From: Psammoneis japonica
Taxonomy: Eukaryota
Length of the DNA: 64,000 nt
Direction: 5' to 3'
Assembly (NCBI GenBank): GCA_008632985.1
Contig: QPGO01000109.1
Location: 124,001 to 188,000 of the forward strand
Part shown: positions 23,262 to 36,575 of the stretch, piece by piece
Layout: every line of letters starts with the position of its first letter
How positions within the stretch are numbered: position 1 is the stretch's first letter
The notes under the pieces: model-generated
What the model saw: only the letters and a program-made list of their open reading frames with translations
Told to the model about the DNA's origin: nothing
The model's database searches: none
Made by a program: the position numbers and the translations under genes

Positions 23262-25750
23262 TCATCGAAAACTCCACCGAAAGCCAATTTCACCCAAGCG
23301 TTCCTCACGGTCTCGGTTAAGTCTCCCAGTCTTCTTCGCTTGACGTTGCGTATCCAACCACGTTCCAAGGTTCTTTCCATCCTCCACATGGCTGCATCGA
23401 ACGTTGCAGCCCCCCTCCCGTTCTTTGAATTGAACAAGAAGTCGAAACATTGCTTCCCAACGTTCAGAAGGAAGATTCCAAGCAACACCAACCTCTTTGA
23501 GCCGTTCCTCAAGAGCACTGTCCAGCTTTCCAGCATTCCTCAAAACACGCTGTTTCTTTAGCCACTCTCCAAGGTTCTTTCCATCCTCTTTGTGCTTTTG
23601 TACAACGTTGCAGCCCCCCTCCCGTTCTTTGAATTGAACAAGAAGTCGACACAATGCTTCCCAACGTTCAGACGGAAGATACCAAGCAACACCAACCTCT
23701 TTGAGCCGTTCCTCAAGAGCACTGTCCAGCTTTCCAGCATTCCTCAAAACACGCTGCGTACTTAACCACCTTCCAAGGTTCTCTCCATCCTCTTTGTGCT
23801 TTTGTACAACGTTGCAATCACCCTCCCATTGTTTGAATTGCACAAGAAGTCGATACATTGCTTCCCAACGTTCAGAAGGAACATTCCAAGCAACGCCAAC
23901 ATCTTTGAGCCGTTCCTCAAGAGCACTGTCGAGCTTTCCGGCATTCCTCAAAACACGCTGCGTACTTAACCACCTTCCAAGGTTCTCTCCATCCTCTTTG
24001 TGCTTTTGTACAACGTTGCAATCACCCTCCCGTTGTTTGAATTGAACAAGAAGTCGATACATTGCTTCCCAACGTTCAGAAGGAACATTCCAAGCAACGC
24101 CAACATCTTTGAGCCGTTCCTCAAGAGCACCGTCGAGCTTTCCGGCATTCCTCAAGACACGCTGCGCACTTAACCATGTCCCGAGGTTCTTTCCATCCTC
24201 TTTGTGTCTACGTGGAACAAGGCAATTCCCCTCCCTTTCTTTATAAACCAAAAGCAATCCATACATTCGGTCCCAATTGCTTTCACGATTCTTGTACTCC
24301 GTAATTGCTCGATTCATGATAATAGTCTTCATTTCAAGCAGCATTGAGTCTGAAAGCATGAATGATTCAAGTACCCGAGATGGGAATTCTGTATCAAGCA
24401 GAGGCCTTCCGAGTCTCGCGCTCTCGTCAATCACAAACACGACATCTTCCCGTAATTCGGGATCCAATCCTACCATCGCATTGAATGCTAATGTGAAAGA
24501 TTCATAGCCACCTTCATCTTCGATAAATTCAGTGTCACCAGTTATAGGCGCTGGTACCAAAACGTATCCACGCTCTTTGCCAGGAGCCTTCCGGCTAACA
24601 CGACCAATCATTTGGCGCGCGTCAACGGTACTTCGGACAGGATCTGCCATCACCACTAACTCCCAATCTGCCTCGTCCACACCGGTCGCCAAAACCCTAC
24701 AGTTGGCAACAATCGATTTGGTCGCGTGTTTGGCATTTGACAATATCTCTTCCCGCTTGGTAGGTGACATGTCCGAGCTGCCACTAACCGCAAATGCGGC
24801 TATATCGTCCTTCTCAAGAACTGGGGCTGCGTCACGCACAAAAGCACGAGCACGGTAGTTCATGGAATGGAACGAAACGGCGCTACTCACATTGAGCTTG
24901 TGAAAAGCCGCTTGAACTACAAATGGCAGTAGGTAATCCTTTGAGAGTGCCGGTGGGACGGAACCGTCAAGGAGCGGATCAGCAAGGACGGCGCTGATTT
25001 CGTCGGCATCCAATACACAAAGTGTGATTGGAACGGTGATATTTTGTTTCACGGCATCACTTAGCGTCCGTTTCGCGAGGCATGGTCCAAATAAGGTTGC
25101 ATTGTTAAAACTGCGGACACCAGTGACTTTCTTGGGCTCTGAGCTTCTATTAGGAATGAGCGTTCGAGACCCATCCTTGCAAAGTTTTCCACCAATAATG
25201 TCAACCTGTTGTGGAGCATCCGTGTACCGACGAGGCGTGGCTGTTAAAAAAAGGCGATAGTCAACTGGGAGCCGCGAGTCATAGAGACCATAGCCAGAAA
25301 GTTTGCCAATCCCTTCCATCTCGTGCGCCTCGTCAAACACGGCAAACCCCATTTTGGCACCAAGCTGCTTTAGCGCCTCTCCCACCTTGGGTAAGGACCT
25401 GTAAGTGCAGCAAATAAATGATAATCCATTTTCTTCTGAACCAAGAAAAGCTGCAATCTCATCAGAAGAGGTTGAGCAACCCTCGGTTCGATTGGTCTGG
25501 CTCGCCACAATTAATCGCGAGTGAGGCACGTGATCAAGTACGCCGAACCTATCCAAGTCATCCAGTACTTGATCCACGAGTTTCAGAGTCGGTGTGACAT
25601 AGATGACTGACTGGAGTCTTGTTCGTCTTGAACCTATTCCATCTAATGCAAACATCTTCAAGGCAAGCAGCGTTTTACCCCATCCCGGCGGTAGCTGAAC
25701 GTTTGCCCTGGGAACGTATTGAGGAGAATCTCGAGATTGTTTAGTGTTGC
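23262..25750 (-). CDS. SF2 (ResIII-like) helicase with tandem helicase-associated (HA) repeats; probable extra 5' exon(s) up to ~26213
   Basis: Frame is open upstream of the called ORF through LPPGWGKT (Walker A); FDEAH, LTATP, GVD, QMIGRVSR; five ~68-aa W..MY..L..FK.REG.C.V...LG.WL..QR repeats; an upstream ORF at 26213 starts with a signal-peptide-like segment. Confidence 0.85.
23280..24290 (-). repeat. 204-bp tandem repeat encoding HA domains, about five units
   Basis: Near-identical blocks offset by 204 nt (e.g. 23762 and 23966). Confidence 0.9.
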
Positions 25751-26274
25751 TGTTCAGATTATTGCCTCCTCCCCTTTCTCCTCCATTCTATGACGATTTA
25801 ACTTGACAAAAGTGTTGAACAATTGAATCTAAAATGTCATCGTGGCGATTGTCTTGCTCTTGGTGGTTTTCTTGGTTTCCCTCTGACGTACTTGAACGCA
25901 TCTCTGATAATGTGTTTTGTTGTTTGTTCTGCATGTCTCGTATGATCTCGTTTGTCTCGACAGCTCTCTATGGAACGAGATAATCCAAGTGCTGGTCCAG
26001 TATAGCAAACAAGCACCATGTGTGGCTGGTTCAACACATGCTTCCGATACTGCTGTATCATTCAAAATCTCGACGCTTATTGCGACCTTGAGGTGAAAAG
26101 CACTGCGTCTCCGTGCATCACCTCTTGATTGTCCGATTTTTGTTGACTGGAACGTTGATATAACAGTAAGCTGCAAAATCAGTACAAGAAGGAAAAGAGC
26201 TTGGGTATAACCCATTATTGTCTGATGCGATTGAGGGAGAAGACACGACGAAAAACTAAAACAACGTTGTATAG

Positions 26275-29200
26275 CCCGCGTGAAGATTTTCGTCTGTTTT
26301 TTGTCCGTTCGTGCTCCTGTGGGCACGAACGGAGGCTGCGTAGGACTGTACTGCCAAATCCTGTAGATGCCCGTTTTCATGCCAACAGCCAACCAAAAAA
26401 GGAGACAATGGCGTCGTTCTGTATCAACGCCGAAGTCGGGACGTCTAGAACCGCAGCGCGCCGCTTTTCTGCTCGTAGACTTGTACGCTGTCCTGGTACA
26501 AATGTCATTGTATGCACAGAGTCTACGATGAGTCTGCACTGGAGCAAGAAATCTCGATTTGAATTCTCAGCAACCAACTGTGACTTTTTTGAATTTTCAT
26601 TTTTATGCTGCATCCCAAGCAGTCTTACTATCTCGCCTCCCAGATTCTACAAACACAAGACAACACAGAGATGTCACTCCACACATGCCAGCACCAATGG
26701 ATGAATCGGCGTTGCACTCTGTGACGACGTCCGAGTCAGATTGGGTGGAGCGTTTTAATCCATCAGAGGACTTGAATTTTTGCGACAAGGATCTCCACTT
26801 GATTGAGGACAGCTTGATGGACAAGCATGACAGAACCGAGCAGTCAAAGGACCGTCCAAAATGGAAAGTGGACAATGATGGGAAAGATGTCAAGATCACC
26901 TTTAGCCAAGCTCCCCAAAAGGTGTGGGAGATGGCCAAAGCTGAGATTCAGGGATGTCGCGAGAGGGTGAAAAAACTTGCAGGACGAGAGTGCAAATCTG
27001 TTGCCATTGAGGACATTGCATTGCTGTTTGTGGGCAGTGCCCGTCCTCTCATGCAACTTTTAGAGTCAGAGTTGTCTCTGAACTTTCAAGAAGCTTCTCA
27101 ATTTCTTGCCACCCGCTGCAAGCAAAAGGCATGTTGGTTGTCAGTTGAAGAGTTCTGTGATGACGAGGACATAAATTGTGGTGGGCTCATGACTGAAGAC
27201 AAGCACAAAATGGTGTGGAAGTCAACAGGCCATGCAGGCAATGCGCCATCGACGGCTCGCAAGACAAAGCGGTTCTGGGAAAAATTCCAAAACAGGTTCA
27301 ACGAGACGTGTCAAGAAACAAATGTGAGTCAGTCAGCATCCTTGATTGTTTCATTGGACAACAATAAAAAGAAAGCTGCAGTCAACAATGGAGATGACAT
27401 GCAAGGTCTGAAGCAGGTTGTGCACACAGACAAGCGAAAGAGCATCATCGGCCACACAGCCGTGTCCCCTGCAAGTTGGACAAATGCTGTGTGATGATGC
27501 TGTGCACAACACATGCCCAAATGTGTGTGCAGAGAAGGGACTCAACAATCAGCCGAGTGGCAATTTCTTTGCCTCTTGGGTTGTTGAGAACCTCCCGCAC
27601 TCGTTGGGTGGTGTGCAGCACTCTGACTGGTTATGAGCCCAACTGCCCACCCCGGATGGGGTTGGAATGGGGCAGGCCGAGAAAGAAAAGGAGGCTTGGA
27701 TTTGAGGCCGATTTTGACTGCGGACAACCCTGGGAAGACAAAGCACTGTTGTGGTTGAGTGGTTGTGAGTCTTTATGCTTCCTGAGGTCGCTGGTTCGAG
27801 TCGGCCTCAAATCCAAGCCTCCTTTTNNNNNNNNNNNNNNNNNNNNNNNNNNNNNNNNNNNNNNNNNNNNNNNNNNNNNNNNNNNNNNNNNNNNNNNNNN
27901 NNNNNNNNNNNNNNNNNNNNNNNNNNNNNNNNNNNNNNNNNNNNNNNNNNNNNNNNNNNNNNNNNNNNNNNNNNNNNNNNNNNNNNNNNNNNNNNNNNNN
28001 NNNNNNNNNNNNNNNNNNNNNNNNNNNNNNNNNNNNNNNNNNNNNNNNNNNNNNNNNNNNNNNNNNNNNNNNNNNNNNNNNNNNNNNNNNNNNNNNNNNG
28101 GCAATTTCTTTTGCCTCTTGGGTTGTTGAGAACCTCCCGCACTCGTTGGGCAGTGTGCAGCATTCTGACTCTGCAACTCTTTTGACGCACGGTGTTTGCT
28201 GGGAACGAGTTGGAGACACAACTCATGACTGTTGTGTAAATCTTGTGGAGACAACATTTGGACGGAAGCCGACGCTCGACCGAGTCACGTTCTGTTCTGA
28301 TCATGGTTGTTGGACAATGAAGCTTCTCATGCTTGCTCGAGAATGGAGCCGACATTCATGGGATGGCAAGGCGTCAACATTGGCACCACTTCACTTGTGA
28401 CCGGACATTAAAGATCGGTGACCCCAGGGTCTTGATTGACACAGCAGGGCCGGCAACACTTCACATGGGGGCTGCTTCGGTTTCAGAAAGGAAAGTGGAC
28501 ACAAGTGCTTTTCGAAACGGCATGAATGGTGTGGTGTTGTCTGTGTCAACTGTGTGTCATGGCGCCCATTGGGATCTTGTCCTCAAGGGGGGGAAAGAGC
28601 AAGTGTCAAAGCATGCTCTGCTTGTTTTTAACTCCCGAACATCATTGGGCTCACACGTTCCGACAGTTTCTTGAAGATCAGCCAATTGATGAAGAGACGA
28701 TCAAGGAGTTGTCGAGGTTGAATGTTGATCATGTTGCAGAGCATCAAGGTCATTCAGAATGGTTCCAAGGACGCAAGCAAGCATGCACTGACCTCCTCTG
28801 GTTCAGATGCTCAAGTTTCAGTTCACCCCAGATTGGACAAAGCGCGAGAGCAGCGGCAGTCGCATTGGGTGTGCCTGGAGAAGCATCTTGACATGACATC
28901 TGGTGTCGAAGATTTGGTGTCTCAAAATGATGACAATGATGATGCGGCACCGGCTCAAAATGACAATGATGATGCCACTGCACAATCCAATCCAATGACT
29001 GGTGGTGAAGGGAGTGCTGCTGGCTCAGAGGACACCGATGATGATGATGTTGTGGATTGGGCTGAGTTGGAAAAATGCTTGGATTCAGAAGATGTGGAAG
29101 AGGAGGAGCGGATTTCTGTCATTGAGAGCCGACGTTGGGAAGCAAAGGAGGTGATGAAGAAAGCCAAGGAAATTCTCAGTGATGCAGTTGACTCCACCAA

Positions 29201-31466
29201 ACGAAATGAGGTTTTGCACGCCAAACCAATGTCGGAGTTGAAAGCTGGCGAGCACAAAGATCTGCTGAAGGCGTTTGTCAAACAAGTGGGGTGGAAGGTT
29301 TGTAAGACGCACAAGGCAAACCTGAAAAACGTGGTTGCATGGCTAGAGTGCACCCCCGCCTCTTGACCCTGCATCGTGCTGAACAAGGAGCAACTGAAGG
29401 TGCGCACGTGTGACTGCTGCCACTGATGTCATTTTACTTTAGATCTAACCGAGTCGCTCCGTAACCCAATTATTTGCTGACAAAGGCAAAATGCCGAGAC
29501 AGTGTCAACAGCACAATGCCATCAAGTGTTACAAAAAATGATGACTTCATGGTGATTCTGAGTGGTGAAGCATCCGCACCAGTTGCAAGAGATGGTGACA
29601 GTGAGCCGAAAACGCCACTGGAAGCAATGGTGAAAACTGCTTTTCTTCCACCACTCAAAGGTGAGGCGGCGGAGCTCTGCAGATTGGGACATGAGATGGA
29701 AGAACAGGCAGAAAAGATTTTCTTGCTGTTGCCAGCGGCGAAGGAGTGAGACTCGAAAACGGGTCAGTGTTTGTTGCAAACAATCTCTTCAGAGCCGGCC
29801 TGCTGCAGAAGCAAAATCGCCCTTGTCAAAAAGACAGTCCTGACTTCCTTTGCACTGGCACAATGGATGGCGAGCGAATCGTTGCGGTTGTCGAGATGAA
29901 GGCACGTTGCAAATCTACCACCGCCGCCAAGGAGCATCAGTGCATCTCCAAAGTTGGTGAATTTTTGGTTGCATCATGTGATTCACCTGAGTTGTGCAAG
30001 TTCATGCTCAAGCGTTCGGAGGCAGTGCAGGTGAGTTGCCACACGGAATGGCAACTCGAAACTGTTGTTGTTGCAGCAACTCACCTCCATCTCCACGACT
30101 TCCTTGCTGCAGTGTGCTCATCATGCAAGCACCCTTGGAGTCAACCATGTCATTCTTGCTGCTGGAGACAGAGCAGGCCTCACAGCAATGGTTGTGATTG
30201 AGTGCTCCAACGATTTCCTTGAAAACCACAAAAAGTGCATCGACGACATGCATGAGTCAGCATTGAAGTGGGCGTGCGAGGAGGGCGTTGGCGTGCCAAC
30301 CGAAGAGCTCAAGGCTGCTGTGAAAACTGCACGAGCAAAGGTGGACTGTGAGTCATTTATGAAATCAGTGCATTTTTGGAAAGAACTCACGAAGCCTCAG
30401 CACTCACCACTCCCACCGTGCGAAAGAATTGTTCCCATGCAGGATGCGCACTGGAACAACACTGAGCATGGGTCGGATGTCAAAACCCAGTGCTGCCAAA
30501 GCCAATCAGCCCCAATTCCTGTCACATCTGCTGGAGCCAAGGCATGTGACCGCATGCAAATGACCGCACTGTCCCATCCACAAAGGCACCACCATGTTTG
30601 TCACCAAGGAAGATCTCAATGAGTGCAAATCCCTTCACGACTTCAGAGACGATGCAAAGCACAAGATGAGCTTCAGAAAATCACTCCTTCGATTGTCTAA
30701 GTTTTTTAAGAAGCTGAGCCAGCAAAATCTCCCAAGTTGCACCGGAACTCCTTTGCCCTTTACAACGATCATCACACCATTGCCAGCAACTCCAGTGGCC
30801 CGGCCTGGGTGGCTGCACGGTGAAATCCAAAAGGAGCCAACCAATTTTGCAGCAAAAGAAACTGGAAAGTCCCCCAAGCGTTCCCACCTGCAAGCTCTGC
30901 CAAAACCAAAGGACAGTTCTGAAGAGCTCCCTTCCAAGCAATTCAAGAGTTGTCGCGGCACACCTGTGTTCAGGGCAAATGAAAACAACGGAAGTGAGAA
31001 AGGGAGTGGAGCTTTGGCACGATGCATTTTGTGTGACTCCAAGACACATTGGCGCTGCTCTGGCTGTAGACAATGGTGTTGCTGTGACAGCCCCCGTCTG
31101 GAAAGCGCTGGTGTCCCGTGCTTTCAAGATTCGTCAACGTGCTGTGATGGGAAAAACAGGGATCTGCCAATCGCTGGCGTGTGCACATGCTTTGTGCACT
31201 GTCACCCAGCCATTGTGAACCAGGGACAGCCACACACAATTGCAGCAGTGACGAACATCATCTTTTCGACCACCAGCATGGTTGCAGCAGTCAGGAACAT
31301 CATCTTGTTTCACAAGAGGCGTGTCGCTTGTTTTGATGTTGTCAATGGGAGATGACACAACCTTTCACGTAAAACTTGGCACGAATTCTACGAGGGCACC
31401 GTTCGTGCCCCCAGGGGCACAAACTTCTGCGTTTGTGCCCACATGCACATGAACTTGTCACGCGGG
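26275..31466 (+). mobile_element. piggyBac-like transposon with CCC termini; degraded transposase (~26685-31355) containing a YqaJ-like PD-(D/E)xK segment; TSD ATAG/ATGG
   Basis: atag|CCCGCGTGA ... TCACGCGGG|atgg; subterminal inverted gggcacgaacgg repeats (~26321, ~31399); motifs SLDNNKK, SDHGCW (DRGY), DSPDFL...VEMKAR, WNNTEHGSD, CILC...CSGC. Confidence 0.75.
27827..28099. other. Assembly gap (N run)
   Basis: Run of N; ~70 bp after the gap duplicates ~27559-27630. Confidence 0.99.
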
Positions 31467-32118
31467 ATGGGCTGATGCCAATGGGGCTGTTGGATGTTTT
31501 GATGTCTGGTGTTGCATGATGTTGTGTGCGTCACAGTGCTTGCGCACGTGGGCTTTTCGTCCGTGGTCAGCCCGTCACACCGTTGGCCCCGTCATCACCC
31601 TCTGTGGCAGAGCTGGCAGTCGTCGCAAATTGCGACCATGACAGTCTCCATCTTGGCTTGCGCGGGGTGCACCCCAAGCAGCTGGAGAGGGGACAGATTG
31701 CAACTCTCAAGTCCGCAACCTTTGACACATTCAAATGCTCTAAATTGAGCACATTCAGTCCCAGATGCTGCTGTTGCAGTCTCATGTTCTGTCTCTCCCA
31801 ATTTCCGTGCGGCAAGACTTTTGTTTTGCAACAACAAGCACGACAGAGCCCCACGACCGGATTGAAAGGAAACTCCGTGAAGCAAATGTAACCTGCAAAA
31901 ACTTGTTTCCGTTTCCCATCCTGAAGTGCGCATCTTTTTCATCCTTGACCAACAAATCACACCAATGCAACTGCTTGCAAGCAAACTGTGAGGTGCGCAA
32001 CGACCTCTTTCTTTGCACTTCACCCTCTAAAAATGGTTTCATCCAACGAGTGGTCAGACTGAATCACTGGACAATCTCCTTGCCACGTTCAAAACCAACA
32101 GCACATTGCACGACATTT

Positions 32119-32680
32119 TCAAACATGGCCAGTTTCCGCCGGTTGCTGTTGCTGTTGTTGTTGCACTCCACCCAAGAATCCAAACAACCCCGATCGCAGC
32201 ATCAACATGGCACCGGCTTGAGCACCCTGTTGCATCATTTGTTGAAATTTCGCCTTTTGATCTGAGCTGCACTTGTGATGTCCACAGACATTGGCAATGC
32301 TGAGACTGAGAGCCATGACGACCATCAACAACCACCTCAATTCCAATTTGAGCAAACCAATCACAAAGAGTCCCACCCAGACACTGCAGGGTGTCACACG
32401 CAGGACGGTCCAAAAGACGCGTGAATCAAACTTGTTTGCCATCACATGCTGTTGTTGGTTGGCAGCCGGCGATTGAAAAATCCATTGTGTCATGTTTCCT
32501 TCAATCTTGTTCCACCGCCGCAATCCTGCCAAGAGACGTCCGGCAATGTTTTTGACGACCCAAAAATCGGCACTCAATGACAAAATGCAAAGGACCATGA
32601 TGGCAATGAAATTGGCACCACCACCAAAGAAACCACCAAAAATGTGCAAAACAAATGTGGCTGATGTTGTGAGTGTGACA
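32119..32680 (-). pseudogene. TVP23: Golgi membrane protein TVP23 (DUF846) pseudogene copy, TpA-hypermutated
   Basis: ADFWVVKNIAGRLLAGLRRWN, DSRVFW, and ANVCGHHKC for family ANxYGYxKC; no Tyr; N-terminal part not recognisable. Confidence 0.85.
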
Positions 32681-33124
32681 ATTGTGCCAGAAAAAAGTCT
32701 CTCTGGCTGTTGCGGTCTTTTGCTCATCTGTCTTTCACTGGCCAGTCCTTCTGCATGTGTGAAGTGAATGTGTGCATGAACAAGGACATTGATTTAATTT
32801 TGATTTTGGATTTTGTCCCTCCAACATGGATCACGCAAAACAAACACGTGCATCATGTCTCGTGTGATGGGGCCTGCTGGAAAAAATGATTGTGCTGCTG
32901 CGGCACAACTTGATGTGACACGCGGCACCAATTGGTCCTGTGCATTGGGGGCACAGACAGATGCCACCCACAGCAGCACATGCATTGCATTGCCGCAGAT
33001 GCCCAACCCAAAATCACAGCATCACATCTCATGTGACGGGGGCCTGCTGGAAAAAATGATTGTGCTGCTGCGGCACAACTTGATGACACGTGGAGCCAGT
33101 TGGTCCTGTGCATTGGGGGCACAG

Positions 33125-33567
33125 CGCAGCATGCATGCAGACAAAAGGTTGTTTTTGTCACGCCCTTTGTGACATTTAAAGGCTGTGACACGTCACCGTG
33201 ACACATTGGCTCTTGTCAGTGGCTGTGTGTTGCACTCCTCCCCATGTGTCACGCATCCATGCGGCTCTTTGCCAATGTGTGCTGACACTGCATGGTTTTG
33301 GCGGAACAGTGTGGGTGCGCACGAAGGAACATGCAGAACTGCACAGACTTTTGCGCGTTCGACAGTGATCAACGTTGCGCAGACAACTCCCACTCAGGGT
33401 TCGAACCCCTGGCCTCCTGCCCAATGGTTGCGATGACCACTCCGCTGTGAATCATGATGCAGTGTGCGTGCAGACAAAAGGTCATTTTTGTCACGCCCTT
33501 TGTGACATTTAAAGGCTGCAACACGTCGCCGTGACACATTGGCTCTTGCCAGTGGCTGTGTGTTGCA
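33125..33567 (-). mobile_element. Second copy of the tRNA-bearing TRIM-like element; TSD ACAG
   Basis: Colinear with 16193-16636; inserted in the second unit of a ~170-bp tandem repeat whose first unit (~32945-32965) shows the empty site gcacagacagatgcc. Confidence 0.8.
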
Positions 33568-34089
33568 ACAGACAGATGCCACCCGCAGCAGCACATGCAT
33601 TGCATTGCCACAGATGCCCAACACCAAAATCACAGCCTTGATGTTAAAAGCCTTTGATGACACCAGTGTTGTCTGACTTCATTTCCAAAAGCTTTTGCTT
33701 GTCCACCCATGTTGGCAAATTTCAAGATTCTCTTGCTGGTCTGGCTCGATTGCATTGCGCACTCAAGAATTGCAACCAAAAGCACAAAAGCACAAAACAA
33801 TCAAGTCAGGTCCCTCGTGCTGGATGCACCCAGCTTGAGGAATTGCAGACAAGCTGGTGAGGCAGATGATGATGTCAGTGTTGCAGCATGATGACACTCT
33901 GGACAACAAGCAGGTGCGACAATCACGTCATTGGCGCATTTTAAATTTCCCGCCACATGGCACGCGACAGGGTTGGTTCTCGGCTCTCTTTCCTTGTGCT
34001 TGCTCATGACTTGCAAGAGCATTGCAGCAATGATGAGATTGGGAAACATTCACAGCAACAACACTTTGGCAAAACAATGCTTTTTGCTG

Positions 34090-34965
34090 TTGTTTCACCT
34101 GTCAAAATCATTGACATCAAATGGCGAGCAGCCCATCATGAGGGCCAACTGTGTGATGTTGGCCACGGCATGAAACACATGGTGATGTGTTTCCTTCATG
34201 TGGCTGTGTCTTTTCTGGAGCATTCCAAAATGCTTGAGCCATCCATTGACAGCCTCATGCCTTGCCCTTGCCATTGTTTTTGTGGCCTTGTCTGCATTTC
34301 TTGGGCCAGATGGAGTTGAGCTGTGCTGGTGTCCCTTGCTGTGGCCACCGTCAGCAAGATGCATCTCACCATCTTCAAGCTCTTCAATGATCCATTTGAA
34401 AGCAATGCCCAGCTGGGCACAGTCCATTGACCCAAACAACCCACCCTGTTTGAGCACATGTTCCAATTTCACACCGCAACCCAGCACTGTGGAATTCATG
34501 GGAGAGCCACATTGGATCAAATGGTGATGGCTTGTAGAAATCAGCACAGTCGAGTGTCACCAAACAGTCTGGGATTGGCCTTGATGACTGCAGACACAAC
34601 AGCATGGTCCTCCCAAAGTGTTGGAGGCGGCGATCCCTCTGGATGGTGACACGGCACAGACACCTCAACATTTTGCTCCACTTGCATGTTGCTGCAAAAG
34701 AAATTGCCAGCAACGGGTGCGAGCTGCACTCTGTCTGGGGGGCATGTGACAGACAACGTGTTGTGGATCCGGCAATTGTTCATCTGGGCCAGGCCGCCCA
34801 AAGCACAGAATTTGGGTCCAAAATCTCCTTGAACAACTGCACCAAGCTGTTGGCCCGAGTCAATTCCCTTGCCTTTGCACTTTGTTGAGTTTGCCGGCAG
34901 CTTGCCAAAGCCACAACAGCCCCAGAACCAAGGTTGATTTTCCTTCGTTTAGCCACATGGATCAT
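34090..34965 (-). pseudogene. PIF/Harbinger (DDE_Tnp_4) transposase remnant
   Basis: TLDCADF, WLSHEF..AGLRCEI (LRYE), VWVNG, LADGGH (ADxGY), ARARHEAVNG.LK.F, VFHAVA. Confidence 0.8.
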
Positions 34966-34984
34966 GCAAAGCATCCAACTCTGC

Positions 34985-36575
34985 AATCTTTGTTCTGCTT
35001 TTTTTTGTGCTTGTTCTTCAAGCACAGTGCATTGTGCACACACACACCACAGAAGGTGTGAAATGCATCAGTTCTGCTGGAATTGATTTCCAAGCGGAAG
35101 AAGCTCACTCCCAGCAGTGCCTCAAGATGGAACCCTGTTTTTGTCTGCAAGACAAGAGGATTTGTTCTGATGTGATCAATTTCAAGTGCCGCAGGACCAA
35201 GGACTCTACAAGTGCACAGCATTGTCAAAACATCTGTGCCAAGTCATGGTTGGACAGAATTTCGGGTCACAAGTCAAACAGGTCCGAGAAATGCATCCAT
35301 GGTGCAAGGAGAGACTGTTGGAGAGTTTTTTTGATGCCAAATCAATGAGCCTTGAGTCCAAACAGCAAGAAGGAACCATTGAAAACTGTTTCAAGCATCT
35401 CTTGACTCATGTCTTCTGAGGAAATGCAACTCAGAATCAGAGCCATTGTTTTGCAAAATCCATCCTTGATGTTTCAATGTCCATCATGTGTGTTGTCTCG
35501 GGAGATTCATTTGCTGCATGGTTCACAGGAAATGCCTCTTGCACCATGCCGTTGCTGCAGGGACATTGACACTGCTTGCCAAAGTGTGACAGAAAACAGG
35601 AATCCAAAATGGCAGACAGCATCATTTGGATCTTCGTTGGTCCAAACATGATGTTGTGCAGTGCCCCGCCTTGTTTCAAGTGCTTGGTGCATCCAGAGCT
35701 GCGTTTCGGACATCATTCTGGACCCAACATTCTTTGACTCATGTGCTCAATGTCCAGTCCACGGATGCAATCTTGATCACTGCCGTGCACTGGTGCAACA
35801 CATCTGTCGCCACACCCAACATTGGCTGCACTGTGTCAATCACACCACAGTTGTGGATGTGCACAAAGGACAGGACGATCATGCAGAGTTGATCTGAAGT
35901 CGAAAATTGCAAATGCAATCAATTGATGATGTTGACATCTTGCATGTCAACAGCAATTGCATCTGGACAATCTGTTGTCATGACTGCATTCTCCGAATGG
36001 CTTTTTGTCTGCAGAAGCAGTGCAAAAGCATCAGGCCATTGAGAACCAGTTCAGAGAAACCAAAAATCACAGAGCAAAATTTAATTCCACAATTTCCACT
36101 TTTCGCACTTTGTTCTGCTCTTTTGTTTGTGCTCGCTCTTCAAGCACAGTGCACTGTGCACACACACACCACAGAAGGTGTGAAATGCATCAGTTCTGCT
36201 GGAATTGATTTCCAAGCAGAAGAAGCTCAATCCCAGCAGTGCCTCAAGATGGAACCCTGTTTTTTGTCTGCAAGACAAGAGGATTTGTTCTGATGTGATC
36301 AATTTCAAGTGCCTCAGGACCAAGGACTCTGCAAGTGCACAGCATTGTCAAAACATCTGCACCAAGTCATGGTTGGACAGAATTTCAGGTCACAAGTCGA
36401 GCAGGTCCAAGAAATGCATCCACTGTGCAAGGAGAGACTGTTGAAGAGTTTTTTGAGACCAAATCAACAAGCCTTGAGTCCAAAGAGCAAGAAGGAACCA
36501 TTGACAACTGTTTCAAGCATCTCTTGACTCATGTCTTCCAAGGAAATGCACTTCAGAATCAGAGCCATCATTTTT
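34985..36575. repeat. Direct repeat pair of ~460 bp (~34985-35455 and ~36105-36575)
   Basis: Shared cacaccacagaaggtgtgaaatgcatcagttctgctggaattgatttccaagc...cagaatcagagccat. Confidence 0.85.

Noticed and set aside
23280..24290. CRISPR-like or satellite array
   Set aside because: Units are in-frame 68-aa HA domains with no spacers.
21404..25750. DUF2439 protein or HA helicase as the mutator machinery
   Set aside because: Neither has a deaminase or methyltransferase motif; proximity alone is not evidence.
27559..28170. Direct duplication and 26-bp inverted repeat around the N gap
   Set aside because: They abut a scaffold gap and may be assembly artefacts; cannot be interpreted.
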